Positions 9,700-21,400 of a stretch of DNA of 64,000 nt are shown piece after piece (the first letter of the stretch is position 1; every line of letters begins with the position of its first letter). The notes below the pieces were generated by a model, which saw nothing but the letters and a program-made list of their open reading frames with translations, had not been told where the DNA came from and did not search any database. Both the position numbers and the translations under genes were made by a program. This DNA comes from Opitutia bacterium. GTDB lineage: Bacteria; Verrucomicrobiota; Verrucomicrobiia; Opitutales; T3Sed10-336. The stretch is from the NCBI GenBank assembly GCA_050506795.1, contig JBJHCF010000024.1:16358-80357 (forward strand). The letters run 5' to 3'.

Positions 9700-12477
9700 A
9701 TGAGTATACGGGCGAGCGGTGGATTCATTCAACAATTGGCACGGCGTGCGCCGGGGAGTCTTCATGGATTCCTTCTCCTTTTTCTTGCCCTGGCGAGCAT
9801 TCCGCTTATCGCCCAGGCGCAGTGGAATAGAATCGCCAACCAGCCGGAGACGCTGGGATTGGGCGATGGGTATTTGGAATTCGATCTTCCCGGCTTCGAG
9901 CTGGAGTTGGTCAGCGCCTCACAGACCATCGCGGCTCTGAGGCCGAAAGGCGCGGATGGATTCGATTATACGCCTTCCGACCGCCTGGAGATCAGAAGCA
10001 GGAACAACCTCTATCATCTGGGCGACCTCAACCTTCGTTTGCGAATCGGCGAATCGCGGGAGTGGCGGGAGTACTCCACCGCGTCGGATCGCCGGCCCGT
10101 GAGTCAGGCCGATGCCGCCGGTTCGGTGCTGGCGGCGGCGAATCTTGCCCCTACCTTGCCCGAAGACATCCCTTTGGAGGTGATGCGGTATTGGATACAG
10201 GAGGATTCGCAGTTGATTCTTCGGTTCGAACTCCGTAACACCGCCGCGCTTCCGGTGGAGGTCGGGTCGCTTGGCATTCCGATGATTTTCAACAATCTGT
10301 TGCATGACAAATCACTGGAGGAAGCCCATACCACCTGCGTTTTCTTCGATCCTTATATCGGTCAGGACGCCGGATACCTGCAAGTGGCCCGGTTGCACGG
10401 CCAGGGGCCGGTCCTGCTGGTCCTGCCCGATGGAGACACTCCGTTTGAGGCCTACAACCCATTACTGAACGATCCGACTCCGCGCGGCGTTATCTTCGAG
10501 GGGTTTCATGAGTGGATGGCCCACAGCAGGGCGCACGCGGAAGACGACTGGAGCGAGGCCGAGCCCTGGAACCGTCCGACTTCCGTACGCCTGAATCCCG
10601 GCGAATCGCGCAGCTACGGGGTGCGCTTTGTTCTGGCCGATTCCTTGCGCGAGATCGAGTCGACATTGATCGCGCACCAGCGTCCGGTGGCCGTGGGAGT
10701 GCCGGGATACGTCCTGCCGCGCGATGTCCGGGGGCAACTGTTTCTGAATTACGGAGAGGCGGTGCGTTCCATCGACGTGGAACCGGCGGGCTCTCTGGTC
10801 GTGACGGAGGATGAGCCGACCCCGGGCGGATGGAAGCAGTACCGGGTCGAGGGGGCGGAGTGGGGCCGCTCCCGGCTCACGATCACCTATGCCGACGGCC
10901 TGCGGCAAACCATCCACTACCGGGTGATCAAGCCGGAGGGTGAGGTGGTCGCCGATATGGGGCGGTTCTTGACCACCGAGCAATGGTATGAGAATCCGGA
11001 TGATTTGTTTGGCCGGAGCCCTTCCGTCATCACGTTCGATTACGAAACCTGGAGTCATGTCCTGGAGGACCGGCGGGCCTGGATCGCCGGTCTCAGCGAT
11101 GAAGGCGGAGCCGGTTCCTGGTTGGCGGCAATCATGAAACAGTTCGTTCAGCCGGACGCCGGGGAGTTGGAAAAGCTCCGGAGATTTTTTAATGAGACTT
11201 TGTGGGGAGGCATTCAGTACGCTGAAGGGGATCGCCGGTACGGAGTCAGAAAAAGCCTGTTTTTGTACGAACCCGACGAAATGCCGGAAGGCACTTACAG
11301 CGAAGACATCAACTACGGCACCTGGTCGGCATGGAATCGACGGGAAGCGGAATCGGTCGGGCGATCGTACAATTACCCGCACGTGGCGGCCGCTCATTGG
11401 GTCTTTTACCAGCTTTCCCGCAATCATCAGGATTATATCGAGGAGAGAAGCTGGGAATGGTACCTGGAGCACGCCTACCATACGGCCATCGCGATGGTCG
11501 AACAGGCGCCCTATTACGCGCAGTTCGGCCAAATGGAAGGGACCATCTTCCTCATGATTCTGCTGGATCTGCAGCGCGAGGGAATGACCGAACTGGCGGA
11601 CTCCATGGAAGCGGCCATGAAACGGCGGGCCGACTTGTGGGATTCGCTGGATTATCCTTTCGGCAGTGAAATGCCCTGGGACTCCACGGGTCAGGAGGAG
11701 GTTTATGCCTGGTCCCGGTATTTCGGCAACGACGAAACCGCCGATGTCACGCTGAACGCGATCCTGGCTTACATGCCCACCGTGCCCCATTGGGCTTACA
11801 ATGGGAGCGCGCGCCGGTATTGGGATTTTGTATACGCGGGCAAATTGTCGAGGATCGAGCGTCAGTTGCACCATTATGGCTCCGGACTGAACGCCATTCC
11901 CGTCCTTTCCGAGTTCCGGGCCAATCCGGACGATCTTTACCTGCTGCGGGTGGGGCATGCCGGGCTGATGGGTTCCATTGCCAATATTACCTATGAAGGG
12001 TTCGCCCCGGCGGCCTTTCATTCGTTTCCCTCAACCCTTCGTATCGACGGTATTAACGGAGACTACGGTCCCGGCTTTTTCGGCTATGCCGCCAACACCG
12101 GAACCTATGTCAAGTATGATGAAGAGTTCGGTTGGCTGGCGTTCAGCGGCGAAATCGAAGAAAACGGAGCCTTGGTAAACGTCCGGCCGACCAACGCGGC
12201 GCGTTCAAGGGTGTATCTTGCGGACCTGGGACTTTGGCTGACCCTGGATGCCGGGCGGTTCGAACTGATTGAGTTCAATGTCACCAACGGCGAAGTCGCG
12301 GTGCATCTCGAGCCGGCAACCGCTCATACCACCCGGGCCTTGCTGCGGATTGAGCAGCCCGCCGCGGTGGAGGGGGTGGCAACTTTTGAAGCCGCCGGTT
12401 CTTTTGAGATCGAGAGGGGTGCGGTTGTCATTCCTCTGGGCGATGAGGCGTCGTCGGTCGAGTTGAGGTCGCGTTAA
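9700..12477 (+). CDS. DUF5695 family secreted putative glycoside hydrolase (copy 1)
   Basis: Signal-peptide-like N-terminus; motifs RAWIAGLSDEGGAG, RSYNYPHV, YPFGSEMPWDSTGQE, HW.YNG.ARRYWDF and IERQLHHYGS. Confidence 0.8.
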   Translation: MSIRASGGFIQQLARRAPGSLHGFLLLFLALASIPLIAQAQWNRIANQPETLGLGDGYLEFDLPGFELELVSASQTIAALRPKGADGFDYTPSDRLEIRSRNNLYHLGDLNLRLRIGESREWREYSTASDRRPVSQADAAGSVLAAANLAPTLPEDIPLEVMRYWIQEDSQLILRFELRNTAALPVEVGSLGIPMIFNNLLHDKSLEEAHTTCVFFDPYIGQDAGYLQVARLHGQGPVLLVLPDGDTPFEAYNPLLNDPTPRGVIFEGFHEWMAHSRAHAEDDWSEAEPWNRPTSVRLNPGESRSYGVRFVLADSLREIESTLIAHQRPVAVGVPGYVLPRDVRGQLFLNYGEAVRSIDVEPAGSLVVTEDEPTPGGWKQYRVEGAEWGRSRLTITYADGLRQTIHYRVIKPEGEVVADMGRFLTTEQWYENPDDLFGRSPSVITFDYETWSHVLEDRRAWIAGLSDEGGAGSWLAAIMKQFVQPDAGELEKLRRFFNETLWGGIQYAEGDRRYGVRKSLFLYEPDEMPEGTYSEDINYGTWSAWNRREAESVGRSYNYPHVAAAHWVFYQLSRNHQDYIEERSWEWYLEHAYHTAIAMVEQAPYYAQFGQMEGTIFLMILLDLQREGMTELADSMEAAMKRRADLWDSLDYPFGSEMPWDSTGQEEVYAWSRYFGNDETADVTLNAILAYMPTVPHWAYNGSARRYWDFVYAGKLSRIERQLHHYGSGLNAIPVLSEFRANPDDLYLLRVGHAGLMGSIANITYEGFAPAAFHSFPSTLRIDGINGDYGPGFFGYAANTGTYVKYDEEFGWLAFSGEIEENGALVNVRPTNAARSRVYLADLGLWLTLDAGRFELIEFNVTNGEVAVHLEPATAHTTRALLRIEQPAAVEGVATFEAAGSFEIERGAVVIPLGDEASSVELRSR

Positions 12478-12523
12478 GCTGTTTTGGCTCGTTTTAAACA
12501 AAGGTGAACGGTTGGAGACTCTT

Positions 12524-15500
12524 ATGAAAAACAATCGGATATTGGCATGGGTTTGTGTGGGCATAATGAGCGCAATGACTGGATCGGCGGAGGAGGCGGG
12601 GGATCAGATTCTCGACGGGATTGGCGAAACGGCGCTGATCGCGCGGTATCCCTTTGACGGCCATTTGCGGGACGCGTCCAGAAACGCGTATCATGCGAGT
12701 CTTCCTCCCGGGGAAAGGACGGGTTATCCCGAGGACGCGACGTTTGGAACGGTCCTATCGGCGCCCGGTGATAACGGCGGCTTTCCCAGGGTTCCCGGTG
12801 TGGCGCTGGCCTCGGCGGACGCTTTTTCGCTCAGCGGATGGTGGCAGGTCCGGGTTGATGGGGCTCCGGGTGTTTTTTTTGATTTTCGTTCCAGCGCCGG
12901 CGGACACCTGGGAGCGGAGTGGTTGGCGGACCGGTCGGTGGCCGTGCAATTGACCGCGAACGAGGGAGTCTATGCCGTCGATTCCGGCGAAGTTTCCGTT
13001 CCTGTGGGCGAGTGGGCGCATATTGCGGTGGTGTTGGATCCTTCCCAAAGAATATTGAGCCTCTATCTCAACGGTGAAAGGGTGGGGGCGACAGGTGATG
13101 TCGAGGTGCTGTTGGATGAGGTTTTCCCTCCGGATGATGCCGCCGGAAATCGTCTGTTTCTGGGATCCCCATCGAGAGTTGAAGGTGCCGACATAGTGAG
13201 ACTGTACGATGTGCGGCTCTATAATATCGCGCTGGCGGACCACGAAGTGAACCGGATTTTTACCGGAGTGACCGAAGGTCCGGGCGTCGACGATGCCGAC
13301 GACATCGCCGCCGCCGATCGGGCGGCTTGGGCGATTGTGGCCGGGTTGCGCGGGGTTCCGGATATCGAAGTTGAAACGCGTCAGGGGCGCTTGCCCCACC
13401 TGCCGTGGTTCCTGCCGGGAGACTACGCCACCGGTCGTGAAGGGCCCCCCGTTCGGGTGATCTGGCCGGCGCCGAACGATATTTCCGCGGTGATGAACAC
13501 GGGAGAATATTACCTGACCGGTACGGTTCCGGGTACCGACCTTCGTCCCCGGGCGAGGGTGTTGGTCAAGTCCTCCGGGGAGCCGCTGGCGGAACCGAGA
13601 ACGGCTGACGGCGACGATTTGGGGATCGATTCGGGAGTGGTGATTTACCGCGGAACAAGCGTCGATGGCGCGGGGCCCGGACGGGACTTGTATCCCTTCC
13701 CCTTGAACGCCGTACACCTGGAACCCGATGACCGGGGCGAACCCACGCCGTTCATGGAGAATCGGGACAAGTTCATCGACGGCCTGGTGGCCAGTTCGCC
13801 GGACCAGTTCCTTTACATGTTTCGTGACGCCTTCGGTCAACCCCAGCCGGAAGGCGCCGAGCCGCTGCGGGGCTGGGACGCGCGAACGGTCAAACTGAGA
13901 GGTCACGCCACCGGACATTATCTGACCGCCCTGGCTCAGGGCTACGCGGGGGCGACCCACGACGACGAGGCGCGCGCGGCCTTGCGCGAGAAGATGGATT
14001 ACATGGTGGAGGTCCTTTATGAACTGTCCTCCAAGTCCGGACGTCCCACCTCGGAAGGTGGCGAGTATAACGCCGATCCGACCGCGGTTCCGGTGGGGCC
14101 GGGAAAGGAACGGTACGATTCCGATCTTACCGAGGACGGCATCCGCACCGATTACTGGAATTGGGGCGAAGGTTTCATCAGCGCTTATCCTCCGGACCAA
14201 TTCATTATGCTGGAAGACGGGGCCACCTACGGCGGGAGCGACCGTCAGATCTGGGCGCCCTACTACACCCTGGACAAGATTCTCAAAGGTCTGCTCGATT
14301 GTTATGAAGTGACCGCCGATGAAAGGGGGTTGGCCGTCGCAACCCGCATGGGATTGTGGGTTTACGAACGCCTCAGGCCGCTGCCAGAAGATACGCTTGA
14401 AAGCATGTGGGGGCGCTATATAGCCGGGGAGTACGGCGGAATGAACGCGGTCATGGCCCGGTTGCATGCGGAAACCGGCGACGAGCGGTTCCTGGAAGGC
14501 GCGCGAATCTTTGATAATGTGTCCTTCTTTTACGGCGGTGCGGACCGTCCTCACGGGCTTGCTCGTAACGTCGATACGATCCGGGGTCTGCACTCCAATC
14601 AGCACATACCGCAGATCATCGGCGCGCTCAGGATCTTTCGCGAATCCGGCATTCCCGAATACTACCACATCGCGGAGAACTTCTGGAATTATTCGTATCA
14701 CGCCTACACCTACAGCATCGGCGGAGTGGCCGGGGCCCGCAACCCAAACAACGCCGAGTGTTATACCGCGGAGCCGGACAGTTTGTTCGCCATGGGCTTC
14801 TCCCAGGGGGGACAGAATGAAACCTGCGCCACCTATAATCTTCTCAAGCTAACCCGCGACCTGTTTATGCATAATCAGGACGGGCGTTACATGGACTACT
14901 ATGAGCAGGCGCTTTATAATCAAATCCTCGCCTCGGTTTCCCTTGAGCATGCCGGCAACACCTATCACGTGCCGCTGAATCCCGGGGCGCGCAAGGGTTT
15001 TGGAAACGCGAACATGATCGGTTTCACCTGCTGCAACGGCACCGCGCTGGACAGCAATACAAAGTTGCAGAACTCCATCTATTTCAGAAACCGGGACAAC
15101 ACCGCTCTGTACGTTAATCTCTATATTCCCTCGACCCTCACCTGGGGCGAACGCGACGTCTCGATCAGGCAGGAGACCCGGTACCCTTATGGCGAAAGCA
15201 CCCGGCTTACGGTCGAAGGCGACGGTGATCGCTTTGAGCTTTTCGTGCGAATTCCTGGATGGGTGGGTGAAGGCGCCAGTGTGACCGTAAACGGCGAAGC
15301 ACCGGCCGGGGAAATGATTCCCGGGTCCTACCTCCGGATCGATCGGGTCTGGACTGACGGCGACACGGTTGATCTGCACTTCCCCTTCGATTTCCGCCTG
15401 CATCGGGTTATGGATCGTCCGGACCTCGCCAGTATCTTCTACGGGCCGGTCCTGCTGGCGGTTGAGGAGGAGACGGCACTGTCGGACTGGCGCCGGGTGA

Positions 15501-15643
15501 CACTGAATGTCGATGATATGGGATCCTCGCTGCAAGGAGATCCCGGATCGTTGCGCTTCGGTATCAATGGTTTGGGGCTGAAGCCGTTTTTTGAGTTTGG
15601 CACCGAACGTCACTCCGTCTATCTGAAAATACAGCCCGAATAA
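12524..15643 (+). CDS. Beta-L-arabinofuranosidase, GH127/GH146 (DUF1680), with N-terminal LamG and Ig-like domains
   Basis: LRGHATGHYL, WAPYYT, EYGGMN, HSNQHIP, ETCATYN and FTCCNGT (Zn-Cys catalytic site of GH127/146); signal peptide; LamG motif WAHIAV...LYLNG. Confidence 0.9.
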   Translation: MKNNRILAWVCVGIMSAMTGSAEEAGDQILDGIGETALIARYPFDGHLRDASRNAYHASLPPGERTGYPEDATFGTVLSAPGDNGGFPRVPGVALASADAFSLSGWWQVRVDGAPGVFFDFRSSAGGHLGAEWLADRSVAVQLTANEGVYAVDSGEVSVPVGEWAHIAVVLDPSQRILSLYLNGERVGATGDVEVLLDEVFPPDDAAGNRLFLGSPSRVEGADIVRLYDVRLYNIALADHEVNRIFTGVTEGPGVDDADDIAAADRAAWAIVAGLRGVPDIEVETRQGRLPHLPWFLPGDYATGREGPPVRVIWPAPNDISAVMNTGEYYLTGTVPGTDLRPRARVLVKSSGEPLAEPRTADGDDLGIDSGVVIYRGTSVDGAGPGRDLYPFPLNAVHLEPDDRGEPTPFMENRDKFIDGLVASSPDQFLYMFRDAFGQPQPEGAEPLRGWDARTVKLRGHATGHYLTALAQGYAGATHDDEARAALREKMDYMVEVLYELSSKSGRPTSEGGEYNADPTAVPVGPGKERYDSDLTEDGIRTDYWNWGEGFISAYPPDQFIMLEDGATYGGSDRQIWAPYYTLDKILKGLLDCYEVTADERGLAVATRMGLWVYERLRPLPEDTLESMWGRYIAGEYGGMNAVMARLHAETGDERFLEGARIFDNVSFFYGGADRPHGLARNVDTIRGLHSNQHIPQIIGALRIFRESGIPEYYHIAENFWNYSYHAYTYSIGGVAGARNPNNAECYTAEPDSLFAMGFSQGGQNETCATYNLLKLTRDLFMHNQDGRYMDYYEQALYNQILASVSLEHAGNTYHVPLNPGARKGFGNANMIGFTCCNGTALDSNTKLQNSIYFRNRDNTALYVNLYIPSTLTWGERDVSIRQETRYPYGESTRLTVEGDGDRFELFVRIPGWVGEGASVTVNGEAPAGEMIPGSYLRIDRVWTDGDTVDLHFPFDFRLHRVMDRPDLASIFYGPVLLAVEEETALSDWRRVTLNVDDMGSSLQGDPGSLRFGINGLGLKPFFEFGTERHSVYLKIQPE

Positions 15644-15723
15644 CGACGGCGGGACAGGTCGGTCGAATTCGAGGGTAGACCGCGGTCGGTAGGCGCGGAA
15701 ATCATTAATTGAGGGGTACTGCT

Positions 15724-18483
15724 ATGCATTCGAGGAAACCTTTCCGCCATCTTTCGCTAATCGCAGGCCCGCTGATCGTGGGCGTCCTGGCGCAGGGGGC
15801 GGAAACGGGGCATCGATTCGAGCTCGAGAGCGACCGTGGAGCGATCACCAGCCTGATGCATCGGGGGGATCGCTTTCCCACCGACTACGTCCGGCAGGGA
15901 GAACGCTTTGGCGATTGGGTGATCCAGGCGCGTGCGGGAGATCAGTCGGATTGGAACAGGATCGACACCGCGGCCCTGGTATCGGAGAACGCTGATCTTG
16001 AATCGCGCCACCAGGCGGACGGGACGTTCTCCGCCGCAGCGACTCGAAGGGTCGGTGACGGTGAGCTCGCTCTTGCCTGGGGGGTTGCCTTGTCCGGAGA
16101 TGACCTGCTCTGGAGGATCGAGCTGACCAATTCGGGGGAGGTGCCCGTGGAGATCGGCGATCTCGGCTTCCCCTTGCCGTCGAACTCCACCAACCACCCT
16201 AATTTTTCCCTTCGGGTCCTTCAGCATTCCCACATTGCCGGCGACGGCTCGTATGTTTTCTGGACCCGTTGGACGACGGAACCGCCGTACCTCCTGATGT
16301 TGCCGGAGACAGGGACGGCGCTGGAATACTATCGGCGACACCCCGTGAGTGGGGGCGGCACTTCGCTCTACCATGCCTATGTTCACTCTCGCGCCCAGGA
16401 GGAAGTGATCGCGGGCGAGGGAGGGCGCTGGCGATGGGAGCACACTTCGGCGATCCTCGAACCCGGTGAAACCCTTGCCCGGGGATTCCGGTTGTCGTGG
16501 GCGGATGGGTACGACGATGTGCGCGCCCGCATCGCCGCGCACGGGTTGGTCGATGTCGAAGTGGCCCCCGGCATGACGGTGCCATCCGACCTGGAGGCAC
16601 TGATCGCCTTGCGCAGTGCCGCGACCATTCACGGTGTCGAGCCCGAGTTCTCTGAGCAGACCGAGATCGAACTTCTGTCCGAGGAGGACGGAAAACACAT
16701 TTACCGGGTTCGCATGCGACGTCTCGGCGAGAACACATTGACCGTGCATTTCGGGGAAGGGCAAAAACAGTGGCTCGAGTTTTTTGTTGCCGAACCGCTC
16801 GAAACGCTGATCAACAAACGCGCCCGTTTCATCGTCGAGCGGCAGCAGATCCGTGATGAATCGAAGTGGTACGACGGGCTGTTGAGCGACTGGAGCATGA
16901 AGGACGAAGTGCTCCTCACGCCGGATGAGCCCCACGACATTCCCGCCTCACGCAGTTACATGATCGCCAGCGACGATCCGGGTCTCTCGCGACCGGCGTT
17001 TCTCGCGGCGAAGAACGCCGAGTTTCCCGTTCAGGAAGAAGTTTCGGCGCTGGATTATTACATCGAAAACTTCGTGTGGGGCGGCTTGCAGATGACCCCG
17101 GAGGAAACCTACCCGTATGCGGTGTACGGGATTCCAAACTGGTACGTTAACCGAAACAGCCCCGACCCGCGTCAGTACCGTCGCTCGCGGGTGTTTCGGG
17201 CGTACGATTATCCTCACATCATGCTAATGTACCACGGCATGTACCGGGTGGCGAAAAATCATCCTTCGATCGAAACCCTTCTCACGGCGGAGGAATACCT
17301 CGACCGGGCATACCAGACAGCCATCGCCTTTTTTATCTATCCGGTGGAAGTTTACGACGGCCATCCGGCGTATCAGCACGAGACCGGGTACTTCAACGAG
17401 GTTCTGGTCAATCAACTGCTGGAAGACCTCGAGGCGACCGGGAGGGAGGATGAAGCTTACCGGTTGCGGCGGTACTGGGAAAAGAAAATCAATTACTTCA
17501 TCGGCGGAAACCCGCGACTTTTCTATTCGGAATACGGTTTTGACACCACCGGATTTGAATCCACCCACGCGCTGGCCCAATACGCCGACGCGCATGTCGA
17601 CCGTCCGGCCGACCCGCTTTTGGCCATGGACGTCACCCGCGAGCAGGTCGACACCTTCATGCGCCACCAGATCGACCTGAACGTCGGCGCGCGGGGATGG
17701 CTCGAGCCCCACTATTACACCTACGGCTCCGACTACCGGAGAACCAACGCGGGGTACCTCCTCAGCTACATGTCCCAGATGGGCGGCTGGGCCATATTGG
17801 ATCACTCGCTGCATTACGCGGCCGATCCGCACGAGCACCTCAAGCTCGGCTACGGCTCCATTCTCAGCTCATGGGCCCTCATGAACACCGGCACCGAAGC
17901 GACCGGTTTCGGGTACTGGTATCCCGGGGAGATCAACGACGGCGGGGCCGGAGGCGGTTTCGAGCCCGAAGCGTACGGAAGCAACTGGCTGACCAACCCG
18001 CACAGCCGCGGTTCGTGGTATTACGGATGCGAAATCGACCTGGGCTTTTGCGGCTTTCTCCGCGCCGCCCGCACGGTGTTGACCCACGATCCGACCTTTG
18101 GTCCAATCGCCCTGGGGGGATCACTGGTGCGGAATGAACAGGAGTCGCGGGTCGAGCCCCGCGACGGAATCCGGCGCCGGTTCCACGTGATCCGGCCGGA
18201 GGACAACCAGCGCTTTCACCTGGAGCTGATCCAGGACCGTTTCGCGGCGGGACGGGAAATTCGGGTCCATCACGATCTCGATTATGTTGGTTTTACTTTG
18301 GAGCGGTCGGACGCCGCGCGGACCGAGGGGGAAATGACTCTAAGCGGATTGCCGGAAGGAGGGTACGAGGTGCACGTCGACGGAGAGGTTGTCCACGAGA
18401 TCGATGTGGAGCCGCATGTCGCGCTCACCGTGGTTCTGGCGCTTGAAGACGAAAATCATGAAATTCTTATGCATAGGAAATAG
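15724..18483 (+). CDS. DUF5695 family secreted putative glycoside hydrolase (copy 2, divergent)
   Basis: VEIGDLGFPL, VAPGMTVPSDL, RAYDYPHI, SEYGFDTTGFESTHALA and LSYMSQMGGW; signal peptide. Confidence 0.75.
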   Translation: MHSRKPFRHLSLIAGPLIVGVLAQGAETGHRFELESDRGAITSLMHRGDRFPTDYVRQGERFGDWVIQARAGDQSDWNRIDTAALVSENADLESRHQADGTFSAAATRRVGDGELALAWGVALSGDDLLWRIELTNSGEVPVEIGDLGFPLPSNSTNHPNFSLRVLQHSHIAGDGSYVFWTRWTTEPPYLLMLPETGTALEYYRRHPVSGGGTSLYHAYVHSRAQEEVIAGEGGRWRWEHTSAILEPGETLARGFRLSWADGYDDVRARIAAHGLVDVEVAPGMTVPSDLEALIALRSAATIHGVEPEFSEQTEIELLSEEDGKHIYRVRMRRLGENTLTVHFGEGQKQWLEFFVAEPLETLINKRARFIVERQQIRDESKWYDGLLSDWSMKDEVLLTPDEPHDIPASRSYMIASDDPGLSRPAFLAAKNAEFPVQEEVSALDYYIENFVWGGLQMTPEETYPYAVYGIPNWYVNRNSPDPRQYRRSRVFRAYDYPHIMLMYHGMYRVAKNHPSIETLLTAEEYLDRAYQTAIAFFIYPVEVYDGHPAYQHETGYFNEVLVNQLLEDLEATGREDEAYRLRRYWEKKINYFIGGNPRLFYSEYGFDTTGFESTHALAQYADAHVDRPADPLLAMDVTREQVDTFMRHQIDLNVGARGWLEPHYYTYGSDYRRTNAGYLLSYMSQMGGWAILDHSLHYAADPHEHLKLGYGSILSSWALMNTGTEATGFGYWYPGEINDGGAGGGFEPEAYGSNWLTNPHSRGSWYYGCEIDLGFCGFLRAARTVLTHDPTFGPIALGGSLVRNEQESRVEPRDGIRRRFHVIRPEDNQRFHLELIQDRFAAGREIRVHHDLDYVGFTLERSDAARTEGEMTLSGLPEGGYEVHVDGEVVHEIDVEPHVALTVVLALEDENHEILMHRK

Positions 18484-18484
18484 T

Positions 18485-21400
18485 ATGGCTCGATCGACGG
18501 CATCCTGGCTTTGTCCCATATGGGCGCTCTTTGCTCTTTCGGCCGCCGGCGCCTCGCCGGCCGGTATCATTTACGAGATTGACACCGCTCCGGAGGAGCG
18601 GCTTGCCAATGCGTTTGTTCTCGGGGATTGGAGCCAGGGGGACCTCGATGGCTGGCGGGTAATCGGCGGGCGGGGAGAGGTGCGCAACGGCGCGCTTCGG
18701 GTGATCCCGTCGGAAACCGGCTCTCCTTATGCCGCGATGGAACTCGACGGTATCGAGGACGCGCCCGACCTTGCGTACGGTTTCCACAATTACCTGCAAC
18801 TCCGGTTACGCCTTCCTCCGGGTGACTACGAATACGTCGCGGTCGATTTTGTCACGACCGAGCACGAAGGCTTCGCCGAGGACCGGCGGTTCCACATTCC
18901 CGGCGAGGAAATCCCCGCGGACGGTGGCTGGCGGGAGTATCGGATCGACCTAGGACTGATCATCTGGTGGCGCGATCCGCTCACCGGGCTGCGCATAACG
19001 CCCCGCGGGCAGGCGGTCAGGGAGAGCGCTTTTGAGATCGACTACGTCGAGATCGGCGACCTGCCGGGAGATGTGCTGCAAGTGAATACCGCTCTCAACT
19101 TTTTCGAAGACGAGACTCTTGACGATGTGAGCCGTGTTGAATCGAAACACTTCGTCGTCTGGTGGTCAGATTCGACCGAAGGCCGGTTCGATCCCGAGAC
19201 TCATGGCCGCCGGGCATTGCGGATGCTTGAGGAGAGTTATCAGGTGTTTTGCAGATTACTCGGGTATGAGGACCCGTTTGAGCACACGGATCGCGCACAG
19301 CGGGATGGCACGCGCTACAAGCTTAATCACATCACCTGGTACGGCGGGTTCTGGATGGGCGGCGGGGATTTTACTTATTTCAACGTTCCGCCGGCAGGAC
19401 TGCTCGACGAAGGTTGGGGGAACCCGGTGCCGCATGAATTCGGGCACGCCATCCAGGGTGCCCAGGCAAGTATCCTTGCCGGCGGGCATTGGGAGTCGCA
19501 CGCGAACTTCCTGCGAGAGTACCGCACCACGTATTACGCGCCGTTTTTCCCTCCGGCAAATCGTTCCACCGTCGAACTCCACCCGCTGCGGCAGTCGAAT
19601 TTCCGTCAGGACCATTCTCGCCTGATTTACGCCGATTACCGCATTCACCTGGCCCTTGCGGACCACGGTGCGGCCTGGGGGCTCCCGTCGAATATCGACG
19701 CGGTGTTATGGTCCCTCGGCCCGCCGGAGCAGACCGTTTACGAACGCCTTGAACTGGTGCTGCCCGAGGAACACGACATCAAAGACGTCGTCGCCAGCAC
19801 GATTCGGCACTGGCCGATGCTCGACTTCGTCCACTCCGCGGAGATCCGGGCGCACCGGTGGGCGAACGAAAGGGATCGGGCGTATTACGATTATATTACA
19901 GGTTCGCACCTGATTCCCGATGCCGCGGAGCCGGGTTGGTACCGCGTCCCCCTCGAACGCGCGCCGGAGAAGTTCGCGTTCATGTTTCATGAGATCGAAC
20001 CTCTGGGGCCGACCGTGACCGCGACGCTGCGGGGATTGGAATTATTCGCCGGCGACGAGGACTGGCGCTGGTGTTTCGTGGCCATCGACGCCGAGGACGA
20101 TGCGCGCTACAGCGGATTGTCGGGACCGGGAAGGATGTCGTTTGATCTTACGGAAAGCGACAACCGGGTTTACATCGTGGTGGTCGCGACGCCGGGCGAC
20201 ACTTCTCTAAACCTGACTGATTTCAGTAATACCCGTCCGATCGGTCGCCATGTCGATCGGTTGCGCTACCCTTACGAGCTCTTCCTGGAGAACGCGTCAC
20301 CGCTCAAACGTCCGCTGGACTGGACCAACGACGAAGGGGCGGCGCATCCCAATGGTGGAGGGTTTGTGGCTGCCACCGCCAGCGTTGATGAGACCGCGTA
20401 CGTTGGTCCCAACGCTCGTGTGCTGGACAATGCGACCGTTCGGGGTGGCGCGAGGATTGAGGATTTCGCGGTCGTGGCCAACAACGCAACGGTCGAGGAC
20501 CGGGCGATTGTCTCGGGGTTTGCTGCCGTGCTCGGCCGGGCGCGGGTTTCGGATGAGGCGCGCGTTCGGGATCGGGGAGTATTGACCCAGAACGCGCGTG
20601 CGGATGGGCATGCGCTTGTGGCGGGGCACGCGGTGCTGGAGGGAGGCGCGCGCGCCTCCGATCGCGCGATTGTCCGAGCCAGCGCCCAGCCTTTTGGAAA
20701 CGGTCGGCTGACCGGATACGCGATTGCCGATTACGACTATTCGATGGGCGACGACCTCGATGACGGCGTCCACTTCAACCATGTCCCCTGGGGAGGATGG
20801 TTCCGGGACTATTACAGTGCCACACAGCGCAAGCCGCGTGGTATGACCGCGTCCTATCGCGTGGACGAGCCGGGAGGCGACCTGCTCTGGGACGAATTCG
20901 GGGCGCTTCATGCCCTGCTTCGCGGCAACCCCCGCCGGGTGGAATCCGATTTTTTTGATCACCAGGTTCTGGAACTCAACGGGGTGGATCAATATGTGAT
21001 TTTAGACCGGAGCCTGGCGGATGTCGCCGGAGCGACGTTTTCGATGTGGGTCCGTCCGGCGGCCGGTGGCGACCGGGGGCCGCTGATTTCCTTGAGCTCC
21101 CCTGGAGGCGGGCACCTGCTGCTGGATCTCGGCGGGGACGATCGCGGACCGCGATTATCGCTCTCCCAGGGCGGTTCTTCTTTCCGAATTGAAGCTGGGC
21201 AGTCAGTTCCCGCGAACCAGTGGAGCCACATTGCCGTGACCCTTGGAGCGGACGAAGGCATCCTTTACGTGGACGGTGAAGCAGTCGCACGCGGTGCGCT
21301 GGATCTTCCGCTTCACACGCTTTTGGGTGCGAACGATTACAGTGCAGCCGAGGCGTTTTACCTCGGGCGTGACAACAACGGGCGCCTGCTCGCCGCCGCG

